Source of the DNA: the human T2T-CHM13v2.0 reference genome, Homo sapiens
Assembly: GCF_009914755.1 (NCBI RefSeq)
Contig: NC_060938.1
Reading direction: 5' to 3' (one strand)
DNA length: 64,000 nucleotides
Position 1 is the first letter of the stretch; each line of letters opens with the position of its first letter. Positions 25,968 through 39,649 of this stretch are shown piece after piece. Both the position numbers and the translations under genes were made by a program. The notes beneath the pieces were generated by a model. That model searched no databases, was not told where the DNA came from, and saw nothing but the letters and a program-made list of their open reading frames with translations.

Positions 25968-27439
25968 CCCTGTCTGAAGATCTGCTCATTCTAATCTGAT
26001 AAAACCAATGCAGATCAAATATTGACAGACACCTGTGGGGCTATGTTTGGCTTATGGGCCCTGGTTTGCACCTCCTGAGTTAGACTCAGGGAGTAGGTAA
26101 AGAAGCACTTGGAAGCCTGCTGGTGTCTTGCAAACGAGTGTGTTTAAGGATAATCAACTCATGCCAACTCAAGGGTACACCCACAGAAGGGTGATATGAC
26201 TACCCAGGCCAGGGTTCTAGGCCAACAGCATTCCATTCTTTGTCCTGCACCTTGGTGGAGACAGGTGTCTTCATCCTAATTAGTGAAGCTTAGAGAAAGG
26301 CCCCGATGAGTGCTACAGACAACATGTGACATCATCCTCATCAGTGCCCTCAGTCCAGCTGGCTTCTCAACATGTAGGAAGCATCACACCCATGCCTGAT
26401 TCTCCTGCCCTGTCTCCTACTTGGAAGAAGTTCCTGATTGAGCTCTTCAGAGAATCCCATCCAAGGAGGGGCTAGGCCAGGGATTGCTTTGCCTAAGGCT
26501 GGTTCTCCTTCCTTCCCTCCCCTCCGTGATACAGTAAAGCCGCCTAAGAGCCAGCATCTGTGGTCCTGCTGCCCTTCCCCATTCCACCCTCCCCAGGGAC
26601 ATTGGAGTGGACGTGACATTGGAACTCCTGTAGAGGCTGCCGGCTTTGGCAAGGTTGATTGGGACCCACATGTCAGCCTGGGCCACTTCCTCATCACCGT
26701 AACTCTGCGCCAAATAACAAGACCACGGGAATCTGCTAGCGCAGGCCTGGGGAATGCTCTCCATTACTCTCTTTTATTCTCTCGGGAGATTTATGTGGCC
26801 TATCTCCCTTCCCTTTGTCCACCTGCAAGGCCCTATAAGTCATGTCTCGGGGCTGACAGGTCACAGGGCCTGTGCTGCTGCTCTGTCAGAGTGAGTGATG
26901 CTGAGGGGTGATTAAAAGAGAGGAAGGGTGAGAGGTCAGCAGCAGACGGCATGATGGGAGTTTGGGATGTAATTATCACTCCTGTGACATACTGCGGGGC
27001 TGTTCTCCCCCTTCTTATAATAGATATACACACTTAGGTGCAGCTTAGAGAGAGGAGGAGGGTAGTGATGCCGAGAGGTGCAGAAGACCTGCTGGAATGG
27101 GCTTTGTGTACTGGGCCTCACAGGTGAAGTTAGAGCACCAAGGGACCCAGCAGCATCTGTGGCCTCACTGGAGAGCAGCACCCTCCATTCAATGAGATGT
27201 TCCCCAAAGCCCTCTGCACAAAGCCTGGGACACAGGAAGCACAGGTTACTGCTGTTACTGTTAAGTATCAATTAGATCTGAGGAAAACTATTGGGGAAGG
27301 CACAGATGGGGTAAGCTCAGGAGGTAGCTGGGTGGGGCGGATGGGTCACACCTCTCTGAATTTACACTCTCGTATGGTTTCCTCCCACGGTGAATCGGAA
27401 CTGACCTATGACTTGCAGCCAAAGTGAAGTTGTGCAAGG

Positions 27440-27830
27440 TCTGAAGGTTATGCCTAGTCTGAAGAAGCCTTACAACTTCTGCTTTCTTTCTTGGAGTTCT
27501 AAGTCTCCATATAAAGAGGTCTGGGTCATCCTACTAGAGAAGTCATATGGCGAGAAAAGACCTGGAGGATGAAAGACTGTGAGGAAAGAGGAGTCCCAGT
27601 GTTTCAGCCATCCCAAGGGAAGAGGGCAGGCATGAGAAGGAGACCACTGGGGATCTTCAAGCCCAAATCGTAAGCCACACACTAAGCCCAGTCAAGCCAC
27701 ATGGAGCAGAGATGAGCCATCCCAACTGAGCCCTGCCCTGCCCTGCCAACCCACAGAATCATATGTGATAAAATGGCGGTTGTTGTAAACCATGTGTTTT
27801 GGGATGGTTTGCTATGCAGTAATGGATTCT
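27440..27830 (+). mobile_element. MaLR LTR fragment (MLT1F/G/H-like)
   Basis: atggagcagagatgagccatcccaactgagccctgccc...ttttgggatggtttgctatgcagtaat. Confidence 0.65.
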
Positions 27831-28948
27831 TCTTATCTGTGATCCCTAGACCCATTCCTCCCTCTGCTCTTTGCCTCCTGCTAGGGTCCAGGGGTAGGAT
27901 CTCTTTCTGGAGTAGATGCACCTGTACCAAATAGAATTCCTGCCTAGGGGTGTACCAAGGATAGGTTGGGGGGTAATGCCCCACCCTGACTGCAGGCATT
28001 TAGAACTTAGAGTAACAAAATATTTTTTCAGGGAGGAGAATTTTATCACTGTCATGGTTTAGAATTACTAGCAAATGGTAATAATAAAAAGAAGACTGAC
28101 TTTCAGTTGGTATTATAATTTTTTTAAGTTCCTTAAGGCAATGGATCCCCTTATTGCCAGTTCCTGGGGCAGACTGCACTCACTGTCCCACCCTTGGGGC
28201 ACCACTGTTCCTAGTTCTTCCTCATGACCATATGAGCTTTGAAAAGAGAGAATTGGGAAGAGGTAAAATCTGAAAATGGCAGGAGTCCAAGGCAAGAACT
28301 ACAGTAAGGGTTGTGGGGGCCCCTGTTCTATGCAGGGCTTTTGCAGGCATTGTTGCTTTTAATCCTCAAGGAGACCCTGCCTGCATTTTAACCAAGGAAG
28401 ACAGGAAGGCTCTCCTGGGTGGGAGGCTTGCCTGAGTTTACAGAGCAATGAAGTGGTGGAGCTGGGGTGCAGACACAAGGCTTTTGGACTCCGGACTCCA
28501 AGACTAGCAAGGATGGAGGGAAGTATGTCTCAAAGCCTGGCACATGCTGTACAAGGCTGGGGTTATGATGGCCTCTTCCTAGTGCTTTTCTGAGACAGCT
28601 AAGAGGTTTATCCCACTTTTCACATTTACCACAAAATATGAAATCTGGCTCCCTCTTTTCCCCTTTAACAACGCATAGTGCAGTGATTAAATGGTGCTGA
28701 ATGACCTGAGTTCAAATCCTAGGTCTGCCCGTATGGTTGTGTGACCTTGGACTAGTTTTTCAAACTTTTTTTTTGCCCCAGTTTCTTTTTCCATAAAGTG
28801 GGATTAACAAGAGTATTTATTGCATCAAAACTGATGGGGGACTCAAATGAATCAATATACATAAAGAACACAGATGCTGACATATATTTGTAATTACCTA
28901 CAAATACAAATATGCACTACGATGGGCACTTAAAAACTTTAAAAATAC

Positions 28949-29301
28949 TGTATTAGTCTGTGCTCACACTGCTAATAGAGTCATACCTGAGACTGAGTAA
29001 TTTATAAAGGAAAGAGGTTTAATTGAGTCACAGTTCCACATGGCTGGGGAGGCCTCACAATCATGGTGGAAGGTGAATGAGGAGCAAAGTCGCATCCTAC
29101 ATGGTGGCAGGCAAGAGAGCGTGTGCAGGGGAGCTCCCCTTTATAAAACCATCAGATCTTGTGAGACTTACTCACTATCATGAGAACAGCATGGGAAAGA
29201 CATGCCTCCATGAATCAATTACCTCCCACCACGTCCCTCCCACAACATGTGATCTACAATGCAAGATGAGATTTGGGTGGGGACATAGCCAAACCATATA
29301 A
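28949..29301 (-). mobile_element. THE1 (THE1B-like) solo LTR inserted in a MIR
   Basis: tgtattagtc...gagatttgggtggggacatagccaaaccatat; perfect 5-bp TSD AATAC (28944-28948, 29302-29306). Confidence 0.92.
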
Positions 29302-29647
29302 AATACTAACTCTTTTAATTCTTCCAATAATCCTATGAGGTGGCTACTATTATCATCCCCATTTAATAGAGGGGGACCCAGGACTCATAAAGGTTAATGA
29401 CTCATGCAGTGTCACACAGTTAGAAAGTGGCAAGACCAAGATTCAAACCCAAGTACACCTGCCTCCCAGACATGTGCTAAACAATCTACACAGGGCTGTG
29501 CTCAGTAAATGTCAGCTGTTATAATTTTACCCAGTTTCCCTGAATAAACACCAGGGGTTGCTCTATCTCTCCACTTTTCTTCCACGGGAATTATACTAGG
29601 GACCCCTTTGCATAAGTAATCACAGGAGAATTAAAAACAGAAAAGTT

Positions 29648-30064
<417 letters not shown>

Positions 30065-30308
30065 TCATACGTTGCTGGTGGTACTGTAAACTGTAAATCC
30101 TCTCTGAAGGGATTGTTTGGAAGGACAATTAAAGTTAAAACCATGTATTCCTGTGATCCAACAATGTCACTTATGGGTGTCCGTCCTAGAGAACCACGTG
30201 CACAAGCACACAAGACAACACAGATATGTTTATTGCTATCATAGTTGCCACTGCACTGTGATAGCAATAAACCGGGAACAGCCTAAGTCCATTAATAGGG
30301 ATGGCTTA

Positions 30309-30786
<478 letters not shown>

Positions 30787-31011
30787 TCATTGGAAGGTTA
30801 CGCACCAACTTGCTCACAGTGATAACCTCTGGGAGAACAGGAAGAGACCAAGACTCAAGGTTGGTCAAACATTATCATTTATGTTTTATTTTTTAAATGA
30901 TAATTTATTTTACTATTACTTTTATAATTAAATTTTAATATTAAAACGGGAAAAAATCAATCGGGGAATGTGGTTTTCTATAGTGTAGACCTCAAAATTA
31001 GACAAGCCTGA

Positions 31012-31349
31012 TGTCTTAGCCCATTTGGGCTGCCATAACAACATGCCATGGCCTGGGTGCCTTAAACACCAGACATTTATTTCTCACAGTGCCGGAGGAT
31101 AAGGCCCAGATCAAGGCATCAGCATCTGTCTGGTGAGGGCCTTCATGCTGTGCCCTCACAAGGTAGAAGGCAGGTGGGTGGGGCAAGAGAGAAACCAACT
31201 CCCTTCACCAAGCCTCTTTATAAAGGCGGCTAATCCCATTGACAAGGCAGGAGCCCTCCTGCCCTAATCACTCCCTAAAGGCCCCACTAGCTACTGCTGT
31301 CACATTGGCAACACCTGAATTTTGGAGGAGACACATTCAAACTGTAACA
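31012..31349 (-). mobile_element. MaLR LTR (MLT1A/MSTC-like)
   Basis: tgtcttagcccatttgggctgccataaca...gaattttggaggagacacattcaaactgtaaca. Confidence 0.8.
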
Positions 31350-32499
31350 AAGAGAATGAACCTAACCAAGGTTCCCTCCCTTCTCTGTTTTTCTACCTGT
31401 GCCCAGGAAAACTCCTGCAGCCCCTCCCTCCAGCAGTTTCTCAAGGAGATAGGGAACCCAAAGGCAGGAATCTGGGTTCCTCTCAGCAGCTCCAAGGCAG
31501 ATAAGCCCGGAGTCAGAATTGGAGTGTGTGTGGGCTGGCAGTAGAGAATGTGCTCTGTTGAGAAGGTGACAGCTTTATTCCCAGCACAGTGTGAGGCTCA
31601 GTGAAAGTGGGAAGGAGTGAAGAAGGGTCTGCAGGGAGAGACAGTGGTCATAGAATCTATATATGTTAGTGCAACAGAGGCCATGTGGCACAACAAGGAG
31701 AGCAGAGAGTATTTCCACCACAGAACTTTTCTTTCAAATGAAATCCTGCAGAGAAGCCCAGTGAATGACACAGACATAGGTGGAACCACTGAGGCTGCCC
31801 ACTCCACCGCCTAGAGACCCTCATCAGTGACCCCTGAAGCATCTCTAGAGAACCCTCTGACAGTGCCACAGCTAAAATCCCTCCTCTCACTCAACAGTTC
31901 ACTTTCCAGAAGCCTAGAAAAGAGTAGCTCTTTATCCAGGGAACTCTCCCCCTTTCCCACCCACCTTCTGGGTCCTTCATGGCCTGAGAAGTTTTGCTCG
32001 TATCTCACCCAAGTCTTCCTTTGACAAGTTTTTGACCCCCAAAAGCCTCCCTTGGACACTGGACACTTCTGGGGTGTTGGAACTGCTCTATATCTTGATC
32101 TGAGTGGTGGTTGCACAAGTTTATTCTACAATGTACAGAGCAGTGCTGGATCCAGCTCACCCTGGCTCTCATCCACTCGCATCTCTTCCAAACTCTGCAT
32201 TTGGTGAGGACACGTTGCCCAGTGAACATCCCTCTGGCCCCTGCAGGGGATCCTGTGCAGGGAGCCAGCGGAGACTGAGGTTGCTCAGAGGCTAGGCTAA
32301 CCAGGAGAGAGAAGACAGAAAGAAAAACCATCCGGGGATTCCAGGGAAGCCAAGGATGCCTGGGCTTTTGGGAAACAGTGACGGTCAGGCCGGAGGAAGG
32401 TGTTGGCATTGAGGAAGCCCTGGGGAATGCAGACTGTGGAAGGGAGCCTCGCTTGCCCGTCGGTGGGCTGGGCGGGAGCGCTGACCCTGGCGCCTCGGA

Positions 32500-32760
32500 G
32501 GAGGGAGGGGGCGGGCTGGGGAGGGGGAAGACAGCGTGACTGCGTCTGATCTACAGTGACGAGTACCAATGTTAACTGTCACCTCTCATCTCCAAACTAA
32601 ATCACACCTGGAATTGGAGGAGCCGAGGAGCTGATAGAGTCAGCCTCGCAGAGGCGACAAGTCAATCAGCGCGGAGATGCCCGCGGAGACACCGGCTCCA
32701 CGGGCCGGGCGCCTCCATTCATTCTGGGATTTACACTTGTCAGGCTGCCGCCTCGGGTGG
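32500..32760. promoter_or_regulatory. Candidate enhancer with PBX/MEIS motifs and G4
   Basis: GTCAATCA (=TGATTGAC) 32661-32668, CTGTCA 32576-32581, CpG retention, G-run cluster 32503-32526. Confidence 0.45.
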
Positions 32761-35389
32761 GCAAGAGGAGGGGTGGGCAGGAGGCCGGTCTCCCTTCAGC
32801 TCCACTTAAAATGGGATGACAAGCAGCTCCTCCCCAGAGGCACCACAGGCTGGGCCCATCATTCTTGATGTCCCTCCACTTCTCTCTGTCTTGTGGGTCA
32901 TTCCCCCAGGTCAGTGGACTTCAGGCTCAAGGATTTGGAAGAAGCCCAGCAGTCAGCAGATGGAGACAGATTGGTGGTCTCTCGGGGCAAGGGGTATTGG
33001 CTGTTTGAGCAACCTTTGTCTGGGAGCTTGACAAGAATTCTTTCCTGGTCTCCAGGTCATCTGTTTGGGAGGGAGCAGTGGGGCCTTGTGCAAAAGGAAG
33101 GATGGAGTCAAACTACTTTGGAGCAATACTGTCGGTGGTCAGATGAAATGGAAAAGATCGTCGCTTTTTCTTTCGTTCATTTCTTTGCTCATTCAACAAA
33201 TGGCATTCAGTTTGGCTGTAGCAGAGTGCTGGGGGTTTAGCAGCACTGAGCCTCCACATCCTGAAAAGGGGGAGAATTGAAGCATTTAGAACTTCTCAGG
33301 TTGCCATCTGCCACTGTCTTAGAATTACTGAATGAAACTGCAGCTCCCCCATCACTTTCCATCGCTGACCACACCATCATAATCCTCTGCACAGTCATTT
33401 ATAAAGTGCTTTTTCACCTATAAACATAACTGTGCTAAGTGCTGTGCCAAGGAAAATGCCTAGAGATATACATTCCAGATGGAGGAAAGCACATTGAGGT
33501 CCCATTGCTGTTTGAACATCTATTTTATTTTTGTCACCATGAAAGTAAGAAAACTTCATTCCAGAAAATATGGAGCAATAGAAAGAGGGGAAAATCCCCT
33601 AAATACAAAGCTAGCATTTTGATGTGCTTTCTTCTAGTCTTTTCTCCTATATTTCTTTAACTTATTTTCCCAAAAGCCCCCAGCCCAGAGCATGTACTAT
33701 GTCAATGAATGTGGAGTCAGGGTGGAAACCTCATTTTTCTCCTCTGACCCCATTCAGAGTGGCCCCTGAGGACATGGTTTCATTCTGCCTGGTGCCCGGA
33801 CACAGCAATGGTGATACAGGCATTCGGTAGGCTGATCTCTTAATCCAGATTGGTGTAGTCCTTTGAAACTGAAAGTAGCTCCTTTTTATGTCGCCTGCTT
33901 CTCAGCATTAACTTCTCTTTGATGTAATTTTTGCTTCCGTTGCTCTCTCCCTTCATGGGTTAGATTAGTGTGAAATTGGCCTGGCTCCTCTGGAGACTGC
34001 AGTATTAAGCTTCAAATACTTGGTTCTTATTGGAAATCCTTAACCCACATCAGGGGAGAAAAGTGGCAGCATTACTTGGGAATGAGAGAGAGAGAGTGTG
34101 TGCATGCACACACGTGCGTGTGCATATGCTTACAAACGTGTGCAGGGGTGGGTGTAGACTAAGAAGGAGAGAAGCACACTGGCAAGGGGAAGGTGGGGAA
34201 GAGGAGATTGAGATTCTTCTCCATTTATTGAGTGCTGAGGATCTGCTCATCTTAATCTTAGGAGGAAGGGGTAGGAATGGGTCTTAGGGAACTTGAAAAC
34301 GTGATAATAAGGGTAGAAAGCCTGTTTAATTTGCTGGCGCTCTCAGTGGAGCTGTCCAAAAGTCTTGGTGCTGAAGGGAAGAAAGAAAGGTGCCAGTGCT
34401 GGAGAAAGTAACAGGGCAGTTACGTAACCCAACCCACTTCACTGGGGTTATGTCTGCCTCTATGGGTGTGGCGCCTGGTTCAGATGTGACCTTGAATTGC
34501 ACACAAGACATGGTTACCAACATTATGAGAGGACTGGCAGGAGCCACCAGTCCTGCTCTTACTTCTTGTTACTCAGGACAAGAAATTAGACTTGGCACAA
34601 AGAATGACAACTAATTAGGCCAGACTGCTGGAGGGAGGTACTCAACTGCAGGGGAGACTCACCTGGACACATGACCCAGGAGAGGGTTTCCTTCCACTTC
34701 TAAGGTATAACTGGGGGACCTCCTTCCGTGAGCGATTCTGATCAGAAGGAAGAGACTTCACCTCCTACTCCCACAGTAACACAAGCTCAGACCATCAGCC
34801 CCCAAATTTAAGTTGCCACCTGAGGACATCACTGGAGAACAGCTTCTGTTCTCCAGAACAGAGGTGGTTCTGATGGCCAACTGGCCAGAGCTGTTCATAA
34901 AGGACATAATCGCCAAACTGTATGACCACTGGAATGTTCTCAGCAAACTTCAGACTCCCCATTCAAAAACAGTTTACCTCCAGATATTTCAACCTTGTTA
35001 TCAGCCAGCCTATACTTACTTTCTCCCTGCAATCCCCATCCAACTTTCTCTGCCCCACTAGCCTTGGTCTTTTCTTGTACTCTCAGCTTCTGCCTCAGTT
35101 TCTTTTCTTTCCCACAATGCCCCTTTTCCCAGCCTCAGCCATCCGTTACCCCCAGATACCATATATCTGTGACCTTTCTTTCCTTTGCTCTGTTCTCCGT
35201 TCATTTTTCCACTCACCTGGGTCTTCCACTTTACCCCCTTCTTCCCTTAGCTTTGTTCCACTCACCCCACTGGGGTGCCCCTGCCCAGCCTCTGCCTGTG
35301 GAAGGGCCTTGGCCCACCATGGCTTAGCCTTGTGCCTCCTTGTGCATGGGCCCTCCTCTCCCCTTCTTGAGTCCGCAAATCACTTCTCC

Positions 35390-35760
35390 CAGTGTCAGCC
35401 GGCAAATTGGTTTATCCTCCCCCCAACCCGGCTTTCATTACCTTGCCGAAATGAAGCGATATCTCCTCAGCGGAGGCTTCCCGTCCATGCTGCCGCTGGC
35501 ATAATAAATGAAGACAAAGTGCCGGCGGCATAGACCATCTCTCCCACTGCACCACTGGCCGCTGCCAGCTTCATTATTCGCTTAAGTTGCCGGAGAGAAT
35601 TACTTAACCCTGACCCGTGTATTAGGGGCCTGTATTAATGCCGCGACAGGCGCCTCTTACGGCAGAGAACAATTTATTAATGCTGAAACAGGCTGCTTTT
35701 CTCTGTCATTTTTCCAATCTGAGCTTTGAACACACATCATTAAACTTGTCCGACTCTCTC
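35390..35760. promoter_or_regulatory. Candidate conserved non-coding element/enhancer
   Basis: Repeat-free, CpG-retaining, dense ATTA/TAAT sites, AACAAT 35668-35673 abutting TTTATTAAT, CTGTCA ~35703. Confidence 0.5.
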
Positions 35761-37389
35761 CCCTTCTCCATCATTCCTTTTTCATTTTTTTTTTTTAAAC
35801 AGAAAGCACCGTAAAGAATGGAGATTGTTCTGAAAATCTCCAAGTGCCTCTCCCGCTCTTTTCTCTCCCTTTTTTCCTTTTCTTTCTTTCTTTTCTTCTT
35901 TCCTAATTTTTCCCAGGCCTCCTTTTGGTCTTGGTGCCTCTGCTGGTCGCGCTCCTATTTTTGGAGTCTGGATATATTGGGAGGGAACATTTGGTTCTTG
36001 GAGGAGAAGCCAGTTGTCCTTTGGGTATGAGGTTTGGGGGACAGGATAACCACAGCCCCCTTCCCTTGAGTTCTGCACCAGCTCTCTCTCCCTCATATTC
36101 CTCTGCTTCTGTCTCTTTTGTGCCTCCAGCTGGGAGCACCTTACTTTGAAAACAGACATTGGGAAGTATTCTGGGAGCTAGAAGAGCTGGGTGTGAAGAA
36201 GAACTGGGCATGGTTTCTGTTTGTCTTGGAGAATTTCTCAGGTCCACAGCTGGGAGAGGTCAGGAAGATTTGGAAGCACCTAGAGATGGCCATTTAGTGT
36301 CTGGAGCACCCTGAGCCCAGATGTAGTGTCTGGCCACAACCCAGGAAGCTGGCCATGCTGCTGTGGCTGTGCCACCACAGGGCTGCCTACGCAGCTTTCC
36401 CCAACAGAGCGTCAGTTTCCAGGAGTTGTCATCTCTGGCTCATATGTGGTTTTGTCTCAGCACCTGAGCTCAACCTGTGGCTTCCCTACTCTCCTTGGCT
36501 CCTGATCTTGGCTCTTCTGCCCCAGCATATGCCTTTGTCTCTAGCACCTGCTGCCGCCCAGAACCATCCATAGCCATTCTCTAATGTAGTGCTTGCCAGT
36601 CTCCCTTGTGACCATCTCCTGCCCTTTGTACTAGAGACACATATGGCTAGTGTCTCAGTTTGTGTTCCCCTGGAAGCAGAACTGAGCAGACTTGGGTACA
36701 GATAGTTTGAGAGGTGGCAACAGGTAGCAGGAGTGAGGATGGGGAAAGTGAGGCCGATACAGTTGCCAGTGAAAGAGTGTGCTCTCAAGAGAGCTGCTGC
36801 AGGCAGTGGGGCTCGACTCCACCAGGCCCTCTGAGCTGGACACAGAATGGCCCCCAGAGTTACTTTTCCAGGGTATTTATTCACAGACGTCTGTCCCCGA
36901 TTGGCTCAGGGGGCATAAACTCACCCAGACTTCTGCACCATGCTTGGTGTGTGTGTGTGGAGGGGGGTGTGTTGGAGGGCTGAGCACCTTCTCCTTGGAG
37001 AAGTTCCTGGGGCAGAAAGCTTGAGAGAAATATGAGGTCCTGTTTGAGGCGAATTGGGTTGGAACACGTTCCCATGGCACTGACCAGCATAGCTATGGCT
37101 GAAATCAGAAGTGGTTGGGGAGAATGTGAGGTGGGTACCAACAACATCCACCCTTGGCACCATCCCACGTGCCCATCTCCTCTCACCGTCTCCTCCCTCT
37201 CAATCCCCAACCGCCTCCAGCAGTTCTGAGCTCTGCAGCCCCAGCCTGACTGAGCTGCACACACAAAGGATGTCACAGACCAGGCAGGGACATAAACAAG
37301 TGAGGCAGGATGGGGGCAGTAAACAGGAACTGGTGGGGACTGGTAAATCAGGGAGTACAATCCCATAATTAAAACAAACACATCGAGCG

Positions 37390-37522
37390 AGAGATGGTGG
37401 CCCACACGTGTAGTTCCAGGTCCTCAGGAGGCTGAGGCAGGAGGATGACTTGCGCCCAGGAGGGGTTTGAGTCCAATCTGGGCAATACAGCAAGATCCCA
37501 TTTCTAATAAATAAATAAATAA
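37390..37522 (+). mobile_element. FLAM Alu monomer
   Basis: ggtggcccacacgtgtag...ggaggctgaggcaggaggat...ctgggcaatacagcaagatccc + (aaat)n. Confidence 0.8.
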
Positions 37523-37829
37523 CATTGATTACTTTTAAAAACCACACATGCAGTCTCTTAGACAAACATATTTGGGGGCTAGAAAATTTGACCTGGAGAA
37601 GTGACTTTTGCGAAGTTTTCACTCACTTTTTTGCATTCTTCCCAACTCTAGCTGTGAGTGTTGGGGACTGTTTGAAAGTGAGTCCTGGGGAGAGGGGCTG
37701 AGAAGGGGCAGGAAAGCCCATCTACAAGGCCAGTGGCTTTTCCCCCAACCCAGTCCTTCCCAAATTCCCACAGCCTCCAGATCCCTGCAACCCTCCCTCC
37801 CGCTTAGCTCAATAGCTCTTGAAAGTTCT

Positions 37830-38060
37830 CTAATCACCTCTCTGCTTCCTGCATTAATAAGCCTCTCATCTCACTGATGGCAATCAGAATATTTGCTTAT
37901 GAAAGGGACACGGTTAATAACACGATTGCTCCCCTCCGCCTCCTTCCTTCCTCTCCTTCCCCCTCCCTTTCCCTCGCCCTCCACACAATTCTCTCAATTA
38001 ACGATAGGCAGAAATTAATTTTTCCCCTCGATCGAAACAATTGCAGGGAAGCGGATTGCC
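37830..38060. promoter_or_regulatory. Candidate enhancer (homeodomain/SOX motifs)
   Basis: GCATTAATAA, GTTAATAA, TCAATTAA, palindrome AAATTAATTT 38012-38021, AACAAT 38036-38041. Confidence 0.4.
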
Positions 38061-38619
38061 AGTGTGGCTTCAGATAGGGACGGCTCCCAGCAGAGTGGAG
38101 AGAAAGGAGCGAGATGCAGGAGATAAGCAGGCTCTATCTGCAGGCACAGGACAGAGTAATACAAATGTTATCCTTAGAAATGTACTTAAAGAGGATATGT
38201 TTATAATTCGGAGGGGATTTTCGGGGGCTCTCCTGCCCTCCCTCCCTCTCCAGGGCACTCCACTCAACTCACTTCTGCATACAGAACCCAGAGTTTGTTG
38301 GGAATTTTGATCCTGTTGCCTCGAAATGAGTGGCATGGGCCTGCGGTGAGAAGGGAGATCAGGTTATGCAGGGGGTCTTGGCCATGGTCTGGGCCCAGGG
38401 CTTAGGCCACTATTGATAGGGCTCTCTTTGTGGCCAAGTGCCAAACACCAGGTGTCAGGTCTGACTGTTGTGTGGGCTTTTCAGGTGAGGGCCTGGCTTA
38501 TCTGCCATCTTTACCAACCCTTCTGCACCGGCCTGCACTCCTGGCATGGGCCGCCCTCCCAGCCCACTCCACCACCCAGGTAGAGAAGCAGAGTCCCGTG
38601 TGGAAGCCAAGATCATATC

Positions 38620-38870
38620 CCAGCACAATGGGCTTAAGAACACAGACTCTAAAGCCCGAAAGCCTGAGTTTGAATCCAGCTCTGCTGCTTCACAGCTCTG
38701 TGATCATAGGCAAGTTACTAACCCTCTCTGTGTCTTGGTTTCCTCATCTGTACAACAGGAGCCACATCTACCGATCAGGGTTGTTATGAGGATTCAGTGA
38801 GTGAATATTAGTAAGTGCTTAGAACAGTGTGTGCCATGCAGCAAGGGCAAATGCTATTTAAACGTCTGGC
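38620..38870 (+). mobile_element. MIR SINE
   Basis: gagtttgaatccagctctgc...ggcaagttactaacc...tttcctcatctgta. Confidence 0.8.
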
Positions 38871-38882
38871 AATATATATATA

Positions 38883-39162
38883 TTTTTTTGAGATGGAGTC
38901 TCACTCTGTCACCTAGGCTGGAGTGCAGTGGCGCCATCTCGGCTCACTGCAACCTCCGCCTCCTGGTTCGAACGATTCTGCTGCCTCAGCCTCCGGAGTA
39001 GCTGGGATTACAGGTGCCTGCCACCGCGCCTGGTTAATTTTTTTTTTTGTAGTTTTAGTAGAAAGGGGGTTTCACCACCTTGGCCAGGCTGGTCTTGAAC
39101 TCCTGATCTCGTGATCCACCTGCCTCGGCCTCCCAAAGTGCTGGGATTACAGGGGTGAGCCA
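38883..39162 (-). mobile_element. AluS
   Basis: Near full-length reverse dimer. Confidence 0.92.
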
Positions 39163-39649
39163 TTTTTACTTTTTCCTTTTTTTAAAAAAAGCCTGTACTG
39201 TTGTGGTAGTCAGAAATGTGTTGATCCATTGATTCCACAAACATTTACTGTACACCGGTCCTAGGGAGGATACAGACGTTTTAAAGATTTGGTAGTCTCT
39301 ACACTTGACTTATAAGCCACCACAGCATGGGCAGAATTCGCCATAATCACAGTGTGTGAAGAGCGCTATAGGATTTTAGAGAGATTCAGCCCGGACAATC
39401 AGGGTTGGCTTCACGGAGGAGGGGGTATCTGAGCTGAGCTTTGATGAATACGTCAGATTTGGGGGAAAGGTTGCTGCTGGATAGCGGGGCAGGAAGAACG
39501 AGCGTATCTAGTTGTAATGCCAACAGGTCAGGGGGGGAAAGTTGGGGAATGGGGTGGGAGGAGGAAGAATTAGACTGGCCCCTTCCATCATCGCCATCCT
39601 TCTGTGTTCACCCACCCCGGCTCCGTCCCAACTCTCCCTTCCTCTCCAC

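Noticed and set aside
34836-34852. Steroid hormone response element
   Set aside because: AGAACA...TGTTCT spacer is 5 nt, not the 3 nt required for GR/AR/PR dimers.
34390-35533. Coding-looking ORFs (74, 82, 203 aa), possible pseudogene
   Set aside because: The shared frame has several stops and resembles no protein I recognise; the 203-aa ORF runs through pyrimidine-rich low complexity. Needs tblastx to exclude fully.
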